Below are positions 10,404 through 19,391 of a stretch of DNA of 64,000 nt, one piece after another. A program made the translations under genes and the position numbers. Every line of letters begins with the position of its first letter. Positions within the stretch are counted from its first letter, which is position 1. A model generated the notes under the pieces. It searched no databases, was not told where the DNA came from, and worked only from the letters and a program-made list of their open reading frames with translations. The stretch covers positions 32,001 through 96,000 of the forward strand of contig CAVYIM010000009.1 in assembly GCA_963768655.1 (NCBI GenBank), written 5' to 3'. Source of the stretch: an uncultured Chloroflexia bacterium. GTDB taxonomy: Bacteria; Chloroflexota; Limnocylindria; Limnocylindrales; CSP1-4.

Positions 10404-10541
10404 TATGCTTAGTGCCTTCGTGAACGAATGGGCGCTCCGGTCTGCGCCCCGGTGATGCGCCGTCCGATCTCGATCCACTTCTCGCCCTGACCGGTCCCGC
10501 TGGACAAACGCGGGTGGGCCGTCAGGAGCCTTGCTCTCATG
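10404..10541 (+). promoter_or_regulatory. Putative promoter and structured 5' leader of the DEAD-box helicase
   Basis: -10-like TATGCT at 10404-10409; hairpin 10431-10461; CCTGAC (10486-10491) pairs with GTCAGG (10521-10526), overlapping SD AGGAG. Confidence 0.5.
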
Positions 10542-12238
10542 TCTTCATATCAACTCGGGCGTGCGCCCGAGCGCTCGGCGCCGCGCGCTCGGCCGGGGCC
10601 GGCAAACCAGTCGCCGGCGCCCCAGTCGCCGCCGGCCGCCCAGCCCCCTCGTTCGACCGGCTCGGCCTCGCGCCCGACCTTCTTCGAACGGTGGCCGCTC
10701 AGGGCTACACCGAACCGACTCCGGTCCAGGCCCAGTCGATCCCGATCGTGCTCGCCGGCCGCGACCTCCTTTCCAGCGCCCAGACGGGCACGGGCAAGAC
10801 CGCGGCGTTCGTGCTGCCGATCCTCCAGCTCCTCCATGCCAGCCGGGTCGCGCCCCGGCCCGTCTCGCCCGGCCGGGGCCTGCCGCGTGGCGCGACGGGT
10901 CAGCCGATCCGCTGCCTGGTGCTCACGCCCACGCGCGAGCTGGCGCTCCAGGTCGAGGAAAGCGTCCGAACCTACGGCGCCGGGCGGCCCATTCGCTCGA
11001 CCACCATCTACGGCGGCGTCGGGTTCCAGCCGCAGGTCAACGCCCTGCGCGGCGGCCCGGAGATCGTGGTCGCCACGCCCGGACGGCTCCTCGACCATGC
11101 CGGCCAGGGGACGATCGACCTCGGGTCGGTCGAGATCCTCGTCCTCGACGAGGCCGACCGGATGCTCGACATGGGCTTCATCCGCGACATCCGCAAGATC
11201 CTTGCCCTGCTGCCGGCGCGGCGCCAGAACCTGCTCTTCTCGGCTACCTTCTCGGACGAGATCCGAGAGCTGGCGGGCGGCCTGCTGCACGAGCCGGCCC
11301 AGGTCCAGATCGCGCGCCGAAACGCACCCATCGAGCTGGTTCGCCAGGTCGTCTACCCGGTCGACCGCGAGCGCAAGCGCGAGCTGCTGAGCTACCTCGT
11401 CCGCAGCGGGCGGATCGACCGGGCGCTCGTCTTCACTCGAACCAAGCACGGCGCCAACCGCCTGGCCGAGCAGCTCGGTCAGGACGGCATCCTCGCCGCG
11501 GCGATCCACGGCAACAAGAGCCAGAGCCAGCGCGTGCACGCCCTCGACGATTTCAAGGCCGGACGGGTCGCCATCCTGGTGGCGACCGAGATCGCGGCGC
11601 GCGGCCTCGACATCGACGGCCTGCCGCACGTCGTGAACTACGAGTTGCCGATGGTTGCCCAGGACTACGTCCACCGCATCGGGCGGACAGGACGCGCCGG
11701 CATGGAGGGCGACGCGGTGTCGCTGGTCTGCATCGACGAGAACCTGCTGCTCGGCGAGATCGAGGCGCTGCTCCGCGGCCCGATCAGGCGCGAGGTCGTC
11801 CCCGGCTTCGAAGTCGACCGATCGATCCGCCGCGAGCCGATCCGCCAGCGCTCCGGCGACCTCCGACCGAACGCCGGCCGACGCGCCCCGGCTCGCCAGG
11901 CGGCGTCGCCAACTCGTCCGGCGGCGGCGCCAGGCGGCTACCGGCCGCAGGCACCGGCCCGTCCCGCCACTCGGCTCGCGGCTCGTCCGGCCGCACGCGC
12001 GGCCGCTCCGGGCGGTTACCGCCGACCCGTGCCGGCTGACTTCCGTCAGCCCGCAAACAGCGCATCGTCGATCGGCTACATGCCGGCTCGCCGGCCGAAC
12101 GGCCACGCCCGCCCAACGCCGCTCGCCCGACCGGCCGAGCGCGAGGCGCCCCACCCGTCCCAGCGGCGCGAGCCGAGCGCCCCGCTAGCGGCTCTTCCCG
12201 GCGAGCGCATCGTCCGCCTCGGCAACCGCCCCGGCTGA
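10514..12238 (+). CDS. rhlE: DEAD-box RNA helicase (RhlE-like) with a long R/P-rich tail; start uncertain, possible 5' frameshift
   Basis: Q motif [50 protein letters not shown]. Confidence 0.92.
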   Translation: MGRQEPCSHVFISTRACARALGAARSAGAGKPVAGAPVAAGRPAPSFDRLGLAPDLLRTVAAQGYTEPTPVQAQSIPIVLAGRDLLSSAQTGTGKTAAFVLPILQLLHASRVAPRPVSPGRGLPRGATGQPIRCLVLTPTRELALQVEESVRTYGAGRPIRSTTIYGGVGFQPQVNALRGGPEIVVATPGRLLDHAGQGTIDLGSVEILVLDEADRMLDMGFIRDIRKILALLPARRQNLLFSATFSDEIRELAGGLLHEPAQVQIARRNAPIELVRQVVYPVDRERKRELLSYLVRSGRIDRALVFTRTKHGANRLAEQLGQDGILAAAIHGNKSQSQRVHALDDFKAGRVAILVATEIAARGLDIDGLPHVVNYELPMVAQDYVHRIGRTGRAGMEGDAVSLVCIDENLLLGEIEALLRGPIRREVVPGFEVDRSIRREPIRQRSGDLRPNAGRRAPARQAASPTRPAAAPGGYRPQAPARPATRLAARPAARAAAPGGYRRPVPADFRQPANSASSIGYMPARRPNGHARPTPLARPAEREAPHPSQRREPSAPLAALPGERIVRLGNRPG

Positions 12239-12288
12239 CCGCCGATCACGGGGCAGCGTGCTCCCGTGGGATTCGGCCGCAGGTCCGC

Positions 12289-12333
12289 CCCGGAAGCCGA
12301 AGGTCGGAGGCTCAAGTCCTCTCGCGGTGACCA
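12289..12333 (+). other. Degenerate 3' half of a tRNA (att-like scar), not a complete tRNA
   Basis: GCCGA-AGGTC-GGAGG-CTCAAGT-CCTCT-CGCGGTG-A-CCA has correct spacing for anticodon 3' strand, variable loop, T arm (TTC changed to CTC), acceptor strand and CCA; no matching 5' half upstream. Confidence 0.65.
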
Positions 12334-12440
12334 TTCAGGCAGTTCTGCGGCCTACCCTCACTGATTCCGCCCGCACGATCCATGCTTGGCGAGACTCCCT
12401 GGGGCGCTCGGCTGGATCTGTGGCCGACCGTTCGACTGCC

Positions 12441-12857
12441 TCACCGATTGGCCAGGCTAGCCAAGAACTCGGCGGGAGTCATGACCGGCACGACGTCCCG
12501 GAGAACAAGCAGGTGTGAGTCGCCAGACACCAACACGTCCGCAGCCGCGGCACGCGCAAGGTCGAGCAGATACTCGTCGTCCGGGTCAGCGCTGAGCGAC
12601 TCCCCGGCCGGCGGCGGGTCGTCGTGGATCGTTCCCTCATGGCCGATGAGCTCCATGTAGGCGGCGGCTTCGGCCGCGGTGACATAGGGGCGGAACTTGG
12701 GGCGCCCTAGGACCTCGCCAAGCTCGGCCAACAGGTTCGGCGAGACGACGAGCTCGAATGCGCCGGCGCGCAGCTCAAGCAGGAGCGCCGCGCTCGGACC
12801 GCCCGGACTTATCAGCGCCGAAACGAGGACGTTGGTGTCAAGAACCGCGCGAGGCAC
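12441..12857 (-). CDS. PIN-domain toxin
   Basis: AVLDTNVLVSALI, LLAELGEVL, DPDDEYLL, LVSGDSHLL; overlaps the upstream antitoxin. Confidence 0.92.
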   Translation of the reverse strand: MPRAVLDTNVLVSALISPGGPSAALLLELRAGAFELVVSPNLLAELGEVLGRPKFRPYVTAAEAAAYMELIGHEGTIHDDPPPAGESLSADPDDEYLLDLARAAAADVLVSGDSHLLVLRDVVPVMTPAEFLASLANR

Positions 12858-13086
12858 GCTTCTCGGTCCGGGCCGCGTGGGTTTCGTCGACCGCGAGACG
12901 CATCGCTTCGTCCTCGCCTAGACCGGAGCGGGCCCAGACGCTCGCGAGAACGTCGAAGCCGAGGTATGCGCGCAGCGCCTCCTCCACCACCTCCGAGTCG
13001 CGCTTCTCGGTGCGGGCTGCGCGAACTCGAGCTGCCCGCATCACGTCCGCATCGACATACAGGGTCACTTTCTTCTTCGTCGCCAT
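12838..13086 (-). CDS. RHH/CopG-type antitoxin
   Basis: MATKKKVTLYVDADVMRAARVRAARTEKRDSEVVEEALRAYLG (beta-helix-helix pattern), directly upstream of the PIN gene. Confidence 0.85.
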   Translation of the reverse strand: MATKKKVTLYVDADVMRAARVRAARTEKRDSEVVEEALRAYLGFDVLASVWARSGLGEDEAMRLAVDETHAARTEKRASRGS

Positions 13087-13089
13087 GGC

Positions 13090-13121
13090 GCCATCATACC
13101 GGCATGATGGCATAGCGGCAA
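13090..13121 (-). promoter_or_regulatory. Sigma70-like promoter with palindromic autoregulatory operator of TA module 1
   Basis: TTGCCG-17bp-TATGAT on the minus strand; perfect IR GCCATCAT-N6-ATGATGGC (13090-13111); ATG lies 6 nt after the -10. Confidence 0.7.
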
Positions 13122-13278
13122 GACGGGTCAGACCTGAAGCGCCGTTCATGGATGGCCGCGGCCAGGCCGACCGCGACCCAACTCGGCACGACGATCCGCC
13201 ACGTGAGAATCGCCGGCCCCAATCCTCTCGCCCCGACCACCTGCATGGTTTCGAACCTCGCGCCGAGCGCCGGCCCGG

Positions 13279-13845
13279 TCAGCGCACGCGGAAGGGGGCG
13301 CCGTGGCCGGGGATCACGACGTCGACGCCGTCGAGCAGGCGCTGGCGGTTGCGGGCAAGCTCGGCCGGGTCGGTCGAGTACGGATCCACCTCGGGTGTTC
13401 GGTCGGAGCGCCACCACAGGTGGGTGAAGGCGTCGCGTCCTTCGGCCGTGTCTACGATCAGGCTGGCGTCCTGCGGGGTGTGACCCGGCGTGACCCATAT
13501 CGTCGTGTTGGGCCCGAGCTTGAAGCCCTCGCCCTGGTGCGCGTTCACCTGGTCGTCGCGTCGAGCCGAGCGGAAGTCGACGACCTCCGCCTGCCGAAAG
13601 AGGGCGATGTTGACGGTGTGGTCGAGGTGGTGGTGCGAGACGAAGACGTGGGTCACCTCGTCCGCCGAGATGCCGAGCCGCTCGAGCGGGTCAAGGATCA
13701 GCGAGCGGCTCCTGACCATGCCCGGGTCGACGACGATGACGCGATCGCCGTCGCGGACCAGGCCCACGGTTCCGGCGACCGACGGCGAGTCGGCGTAGCC
13801 GACCACCAGGATGTCGACCTGCGCTGGAGCGATGGCTGCGGACAC
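13279..13845 (-). CDS. MBL-fold metallo-hydrolase
   Basis: VIVVDPG, SHHHLDH (HxHxDH), TPGHT; SD GGAGGAG. Confidence 0.88.
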   Translation of the reverse strand: MSAAIAPAQVDILVVGYADSPSVAGTVGLVRDGDRVIVVDPGMVRSRSLILDPLERLGISADEVTHVFVSHHHLDHTVNIALFRQAEVVDFRSARRDDQVNAHQGEGFKLGPNTTIWVTPGHTPQDASLIVDTAEGRDAFTHLWWRSDRTPEVDPYSTDPAELARNRQRLLDGVDVVIPGHGAPFRVR

Positions 13846-14075
13846 TTGGGCTCCTCCCTGGGTTTCGGGCCCGGCCGGCGGCGCCGGGGCCGCGGCGACC
13901 GGCGGCGGATGGCCGAGAATCGCGGCCGCCTGCGCAATTCTCCCCTATTCCGCCACGTGACTCACACATCAGGTTCAGGGAATCGAAAGGTTGCGCGGTT
14001 CAGATTCGGGTCAATGGCACAGGGCAGGCCGCCGTCAGAGGCCTTAAACTGGAGCCGGAACAGTGAGGCAGTTCG

Positions 14076-14303
14076 ATGGCGATAGCTGGAACGCACCGGG
14101 GCCCGATCTCCGGGCTCACCCACATCCACCTGGTTCGCGAGAGCCCGGCTGTCCGAAGCCGCCGTTCGGCGGACCACGAGAAGGTCGCGGCCACGGGCGC
14201 CGGCGAGATGGACCCCTCGATCGCGAGCCAGCCCGCCGCTGCCGGGGAGTTGCGGTCGACCTCAGCCAGGCCGGCGGTAAGCCCGCGAATGACTGGCTGG
14301 TAA
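14076..14303 (+). CDS. Possible small hypothetical protein (75 aa)
   Basis: ATG preceded by GAGG, fills an otherwise empty gap, and its 3' end is tandemly duplicated; no recognisable motif. Confidence 0.3.
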   Translation: MAIAGTHRGPISGLTHIHLVRESPAVRSRRSADHEKVAATGAGEMDPSIASQPAAAGELRSTSARPAVSPRMTGW

Positions 14304-14330
14304 GCCCGGCCGAATGACCGGCTGCTAAGC
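14276..14330. repeat. Imperfect ~24-25 bp tandem duplication
   Basis: GGTAAGCCCGCGAATGACTGGCT followed by GGTAAGCCCGGCCGAATGACCGGCT, then GCTAAGC. Confidence 0.7.
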
Positions 14331-14382
14331 TCCGATCCGAGCCTCGCGTCGCTGGAGGCTGGCCCTCCCCGAGGTCGGATCG

Positions 14383-16371
14383 TTGACCGCCGCGCTCTCC
14401 GCCGAACGACTGCTCGAAGACCTCAACCCATCGCAACGCGAGGCCGTGACCACCACTTCGGGTCCGCTCGCGATAATCGCCGGCGCGGGCTCGGGCAAGA
14501 CGCGCGTCATCAGCCGGCGGGCGGCGTACGCCATCGAAACGAGCGCGGTTCCGCCGGATCAGATCCTGCTCGTGACGTTCACGGACAAGGCCGCGGGCGA
14601 GATGGTGGGGCGGATGACGGCGCTGGGCCATCGCGGCGTCATGGCCCGCACGTTCCACGCCGCGGCGCTCGCCCAGCTGCGGCACTTCTGGCCGGGCCGC
14701 CACGACGGCACGCCGCTGCCCGCGATCCTCGACTCGAAGCTGCGCCTGATCGTGCCGCTCATCGGCCGGCTGCCGGGCGGCTATCGCTTCACGCCGGCGA
14801 AAGACGTGGCCGACACGATCGAATGGGCGAAGGTGCGCCGCATCCGGCCCGGGCGCTGGGTCCAGGAAGGCGGCGATCGAGCCCCGATCCCGGCCGACCT
14901 GTTCGGCCGCGTCTACCGCGATTACGAGCGCTCGAAGGCAGACGCCGGCCTGCTCGATTTCGAAGACATGCTCGTCCAGACGGTCGAGCTTCTGGAGGCC
15001 GACGCCGAGGCGGCCGCGCTGGTTCGATCGCGTAAGCGCTGGTTCAGCGTCGACGAATACCAGGACACGAATCCGCTGTCCGAACGGCTCCTCGAGCTGT
15101 GGCTCGGCGAATCTCGCGATCTGGCGGTGGTCGGCGATCCGGACCAGACGATCTACTCCTTCACCGGTGCAACGCCGGAGTTCCTGCTCAGCTTCGCCGA
15201 GCGCCATCCCGGCGCGCGAACCGTCACGCTCGCGCAGAACTACCGCTCCAGCCCGCAGATCCTGGAGCTGGCCAACCGGATCGTCGCCGGCGGGCCGCGC
15301 GGCGCGCTGCGGGCGACCCGGGCCGACGGACCGCGGCCCGCCGTCCATCGCTTCGCGGATTCCGAGGCCGAGCTGCGCGAGATCGTCGCTTGGCGCCGCG
15401 CCGCTAGCGCCGCCGGAGTCGCGGCATCGGAGACGGCCGTCCTCGTGCGCGTCAACGCCCAGCTGCCGGCCATCGAGGACGCGCTGACGCGCGCCGGCAT
15501 CGCGTTCACCGTTCGCGGCCAGCGGTTCTTCGATCGGCGCGAGATCCGCGAGGCGGTGCGGCTCCTGAGCCGGGAGCGGCCGGCCGAGTCGGGCGGAGCG
15601 CTCGTCGCCGCCGTCGAGCGGCTGCTCGTGGAGCGGATGGGCCTGGACGACGTCGCCGCCGATGCCGGCTCCGAAGGCCGCGAGCGCGCCGCGTCGCTCG
15701 AACTGCTGCTCGGCATCCTGGAGGACCTCGCGGCCGCGGACCCGGCGCTCGGCATCGACGCCGTCCTCGCCGAGCTGGATCGCCGCGCGACGGCTGAGGC
15801 CGCCGACTCGGCGGACGGCGTGAACCTGCTGACCTACCACCGTGCCAAGGGCCTCGAATGGGATGCCGTCTACCTGCCGGCGCTCGACGAAGGCTTGCTG
15901 CCGATCCGCCAGGCGAAGGAGGAAGACGAGATCGCCGAGGAGCGCCGCCTGCTGTATGTCGGGATCACCCGCGCCCGCAGGTTCCTGGCGCTCTCGTCAT
16001 CGTCGCGCCGCCCGTCGCGGTTCCTCGCGGCCCTGGATCCGGCGAAGCCGAAGGCGCCGCGTTCGGCCGGCGCCGCCGGCCGAGGGTCGAGCCGCGCCCG
16101 CGTCCTGCCCGGCGCGCCGGTGGCAGAGCCGGCCGCCCCCGACGACGCGCTGCTCGAAGCACTCCGCCGCTGGCGCCGCGAGCGCGCATCGGCCGACGGC
16201 GTGCCGGCCTACGTCGTCGCCCACGACACCACCTTGGCAGAGATAGCCGACGTGCGCCCGCGCTCCCTGCCCGCGCTCCGCCGCGTCCGCGGCATGGGCC
16301 CTATGAAGCTGGAGCGTTACGGCCCGGAGATTCTGGCGGTCATCGACCGCGCCGGTCAGCCTCGGCCCTAG
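14383..16371 (+). CDS. uvrD2: ATP-dependent DNA helicase, UvrD2 type (UvrD/REP plus C-terminal HRDC)
   Basis: AGAGSGKT, VTFT, DEYQD, VGDPDQTIY, QNYRS, HRAKGLEW, EERRLLYVGITRA; HRDC LRRWRRERA..VPAYVV. Confidence 0.93.
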   Translation: MTAALSAERLLEDLNPSQREAVTTTSGPLAIIAGAGSGKTRVISRRAAYAIETSAVPPDQILLVTFTDKAAGEMVGRMTALGHRGVMARTFHAAALAQLRHFWPGRHDGTPLPAILDSKLRLIVPLIGRLPGGYRFTPAKDVADTIEWAKVRRIRPGRWVQEGGDRAPIPADLFGRVYRDYERSKADAGLLDFEDMLVQTVELLEADAEAAALVRSRKRWFSVDEYQDTNPLSERLLELWLGESRDLAVVGDPDQTIYSFTGATPEFLLSFAERHPGARTVTLAQNYRSSPQILELANRIVAGGPRGALRATRADGPRPAVHRFADSEAELREIVAWRRAASAAGVAASETAVLVRVNAQLPAIEDALTRAGIAFTVRGQRFFDRREIREAVRLLSRERPAESGGALVAAVERLLVERMGLDDVAADAGSEGRERAASLELLLGILEDLAAADPALGIDAVLAELDRRATAEAADSADGVNLLTYHRAKGLEWDAVYLPALDEGLLPIRQAKEEDEIAEERRLLYVGITRARRFLALSSSSRRPSRFLAALDPAKPKAPRSAGAAGRGSSRARVLPGAPVAEPAAPDDALLEALRRWRRERASADGVPAYVVAHDTTLAEIADVRPRSLPALRRVRGMGPMKLERYGPEILAVIDRAGQPRP

Positions 16372-17216
16372 AAGAAGGCTGCCGGAGGCCGGCCGAAGAG
16401 CGCCCGGACGGCCCTCGTGTTCAGGTACGCAAGTATCGAACCGTGGACGACAACGCCGACCAGGTCCGAGGTGTCGAAGCCCCACAGGTACAGCGAGATG
16501 GCGATGAGGCCGATCAGGACGAGGCTGAGGAGGCATGCTCGGCCCCACGCCCACTGCTGCATGGCCCATAGAGATCTGGCGAGGTCGAACACGGCGATCG
16601 ACGTCGCAAAGTAAGCCACACCCATGATGAAGTCGACGGCGACTTCCCCGTTGTCCCCGTAGCTGGTGGCCCAGTTGGCCCAGCCGAACAGGTCGAGTGC
16701 GACGTACAACCCAACCAGACCGATGACGACCTCGACTACGGCCAGGACCGAGATCCCGAACGGCCGCGCTGCGCTGGTCACGGCCGGGCTGCCGACCTGG
16801 TAGCCGGCCGGCGGCGCGCCATAGGGTCCGGTGGCGCCGTTCCAGGGCGGAGCGGGCTGGGCTCCGGACTGACCGAACGGGCTGGGTTGGGGCGCCCCTC
16901 CGGCCCCGGGCCATGGTGGTGGCACGACCGGCGGCGCGCCGGGCGGCGCGTATTGCGGCGGCGCGCCGAGCGGCGCGTATTGCGGCGCCGCGACCGCGGG
17001 CGGATACGGCGCCGCGAACTGCGGCGGAGCGGCAGGGGCGCCCGGGGTCGGCGCGGCCGTGAAGGCCGGCGGAACCGAGGCATATGGGGTCGGGGGCTGG
17101 CCCGGTGGGATGACGGCCTGCCCATTCGAAGCCAGGCTCGAGCCGCAGGCGTAACAGGACGTCGCCCCGGCCCACGATCGAGCGCCGCAGCGCCCGCACA
17201 CAATCACGTCCGCCAA
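16368..17216 (-). CDS. Membrane protein with N-terminal zinc ribbon, Pro-rich linker and 4 TM helices
   Basis: CGRCG..CYACG, PPQYAP repeats, hydrophobic C-terminus starting RPFGISVLAV; SD AGGAGG before TTG. Confidence 0.8.
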   Translation of the reverse strand: MADVIVCGRCGARSWAGATSCYACGSSLASNGQAVIPPGQPPTPYASVPPAFTAAPTPGAPAAPPQFAAPYPPAVAAPQYAPLGAPPQYAPPGAPPVVPPPWPGAGGAPQPSPFGQSGAQPAPPWNGATGPYGAPPAGYQVGSPAVTSAARPFGISVLAVVEVVIGLVGLYVALDLFGWANWATSYGDNGEVAVDFIMGVAYFATSIAVFDLARSLWAMQQWAWGRACLLSLVLIGLIAISLYLWGFDTSDLVGVVVHGSILAYLNTRAVRALFGRPPAAFF

Positions 17217-17552
17217 CTGGAGCCCTCCTAGAAACGCAGCGTTGAACCTTCAGCCGTCGGGCCGTCTCGCTGGCGAGCCTCTTGACCCTCCGACGGCGCC
17301 GCCTGGAGGTCAGACAGACGGGACCGGCGAGGTCAACCGATTCGGAACGCGAGAGGACGATCCGCACGAGAGAAGGTCGTGCGCAAATCCTACCCTGTCA
17401 GATAGGCCGAGATCAGGCTCGATCGTGCGACAACTACGAGGGGCGCGTCCTGGCGCGGGCGCCGCCGCTCCGGGTGAACCGATGTGGCGCCTGTCCATCG
17501 GTTGGAGGCTCGGTTGTCGTCTCGGTCTCTCGCTCGCCGTGGTGGCCCCAAT

Positions 17553-18083
17553 TCAGGCGGTCCGGCGAAGTCGAGGCAGGATGTCCGCGACGATCTCCGG
17601 CGGGGGTCGGTGCGCGGCGAGTGCGGCGCCGGGCTCGTCGGGTTCGAGCGGCTCGAGCGTCTCGAGCTGGCTGGCCAGGAGCGCGGGGGGCATGTAGTGC
17701 CCCTGCCGGTGCTCCAGGCGATCGGCGATGACGTCCGGCCCGACGACAAGGTGAGCGAACCAGACCGAGGCGTGGCCGCGCCGCAGCAGGTCGCGGTAGG
17801 CGCGCCGCAGTGCCGAGCAAGTGACCAGCGCGTTCTCCCCGGCTCGCTCGCGCTCGCCGATCCACGCCGCGAGGGACTCCAGCCAGGGCCAGCGGTCCTC
17901 GTCGGTGAGCGGCGTGCCCGAGCGCATCTTCGCCACGTTGGCGAGCGAGTGGAAATCGTCCGCTTCCGCGGCCGGCCAGCCGAGCTCGTCGGCGAGCGCT
18001 CGCATGACGGTCGACTTGCCGCAGCCGGACACGCCCATGACGACGATCGTCGTGGTCGGCGAGGGCTGACCCGGGTCAGTCAT
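17553..18083 (-). CDS. gntK: Gluconokinase (GntK/IdnK type)
   Basis: VVMGVSGCGKST, ADDFH, KMRSGTPLTDEDRWPWL, CSALRRAYRD, HYMPPALLASQLETLE; start overlaps the larC stop. Confidence 0.95.
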   Translation of the reverse strand: MTDPGQPSPTTTIVVMGVSGCGKSTVMRALADELGWPAAEADDFHSLANVAKMRSGTPLTDEDRWPWLESLAAWIGERERAGENALVTCSALRRAYRDLLRRGHASVWFAHLVVGPDVIADRLEHRQGHYMPPALLASQLETLEPLEPDEPGAALAAHRPPPEIVADILPRLRRTA

Positions 18084-19293
18084 CGCGGCCACGAGCCAGC
18101 GCCGCGGCGCGCTCCAGGACGGTGCGGACCGGCAGCCCCAGTCGCTCGGCCGCGGCCGCCGCGTCGGCGTATTCCGCCTGCACCGTCACCGGCCGGCCGT
18201 CGAGCAGGCCGCGCTTGACGCGAACCGCGCAGCCATCCACCGAGACGACGACTTCGTCGCGGGGCAGCGCCCGGCGAGTGACCGGCCGAACCCGAACGCC
18301 GAGCGTGGTCGATTGAGTGAACAGCACCCGAGCGGCGGCGTCGACGACCTCCTCGCCGACCAGCGCCGTCACGACGTGCCCGGGCCGGCCCTTGCGCATG
18401 ACGACCGGCGTCAGCCAGGCGTCGACGGCCCCCGCGGCAACGAGTGCGTCGAGCACCGCCGGCCAGAGTCGCGGATCGAGGTCGTCGACGGTCGCCGCCA
18501 GCTCGAGCAGGTCGTCATTGCGCCACGGAACGCCGGCCGGCGCCAGGGCGGTGCCGAGCACGACCCTCAGGACGTTGGCACGCTCAGGCGGATCCGCGGA
18601 GCCGGCGCCGACGCCGGTGGAGTCGATGCGCATCGGCGCCAGCGCGCCCCACTCTTTGGCGAGGGTCGCGAGAAGCGCCGCCCCGGTGGGCGTGCACAGC
18701 TCCCCGTCGCCGCCCGCGACTACGGGCACGCCTCGCCCGGCGAGGATCGCCAGGACCGCCGGCACCGGGATTGGCAGCAGGCCGTGCGCCGTCTCCACGC
18801 TGCCGGAGCCCAGCGCGAGGGAGCCGACAACCACGCGCGCGTTCGGCTCGAGCAAGCCAAGTGAGTCCAGCGCCGCGGCGCAGCCGACAACGTCGGCCAG
18901 CGAGTCGAGCGCGCCGACTTCGTGCAGGTGGACCTGCGCCAGGTCCTCGCCGTGGACGGCGGCCTCCGCGGTGCCGAGCACTCGGAACACGTCCGTGGCA
19001 AAGGCGCCCACGGCCGGCGCAAGCTTGGCCGCGGCGGCGAGAGCCAGCACGTCGCCGACCGTGCGCCGCGCCGCCGTGTCGTGGACCACCACCTCCGCCT
19101 TCGTCGCCCTCAGCCCGTGGCGACGGACCTGCCGGGGTCGGATCTCGATCGGCTCGACGCCCAGCGCCGCGATAGCCGCAGCCACCGCCTCGAGGGGCGC
19201 TCCGGCGTCGAGCAGCGCGCCCAGCAGCATGTCGCCCGACGCGCCGGCCGAGGCATCGATCCACGCGCAACGTCCGGCTTGTGCCACTGGCAT
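18076..19293 (-). CDS. larC: Nickel-pincer cofactor nickel insertase LarC
   Basis: GASGDMLLGALLDAG, AEAAVHG, HLHEVGALDSLAD, GELCTPTGAALL, TVDDLDP, VMRKGRPG, STTLGVR, EYAD. Confidence 0.94.
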   Translation of the reverse strand: MPVAQAGRCAWIDASAGASGDMLLGALLDAGAPLEAVAAAIAALGVEPIEIRPRQVRRHGLRATKAEVVVHDTAARRTVGDVLALAAAAKLAPAVGAFATDVFRVLGTAEAAVHGEDLAQVHLHEVGALDSLADVVGCAAALDSLGLLEPNARVVVGSLALGSGSVETAHGLLPIPVPAVLAILAGRGVPVVAGGDGELCTPTGAALLATLAKEWGALAPMRIDSTGVGAGSADPPERANVLRVVLGTALAPAGVPWRNDDLLELAATVDDLDPRLWPAVLDALVAAGAVDAWLTPVVMRKGRPGHVVTALVGEEVVDAAARVLFTQSTTLGVRVRPVTRRALPRDEVVVSVDGCAVRVKRGLLDGRPVTVQAEYADAAAAAERLGLPVRTVLERAAALARGRDD

Positions 19294-19391
19294 CTCCTCG
19301 CGGATAGGGCAACACTATGGGCGACAGCCAGTCGAGTCTGACACAAGCTCGCCTATCCGGGCCAGCGCGCCGGAGAAATGGAAGGACCGCA

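Noticed and set aside
12260-12333. Complete tRNA gene
   Set aside because: No D arm, no acceptor 5' strand and no anticodon-stem 5' strand; only the 3' half is present.
13930-14012. TPP-riboswitch-like CCCTGAACCTGAT...AGGGGA on the minus strand upstream of the MBL gene
   Set aside because: The conserved CTGAGA and TAAT loop elements are missing, and the downstream gene is not thiamine related.
17250-17300. SAM-I-like words (TCAAGAG...GGCCCGACG) on the minus strand
   Set aside because: No GAGGGA kink-turn, GCAACC or GTGC motifs; kept only as an unknown structured leader.
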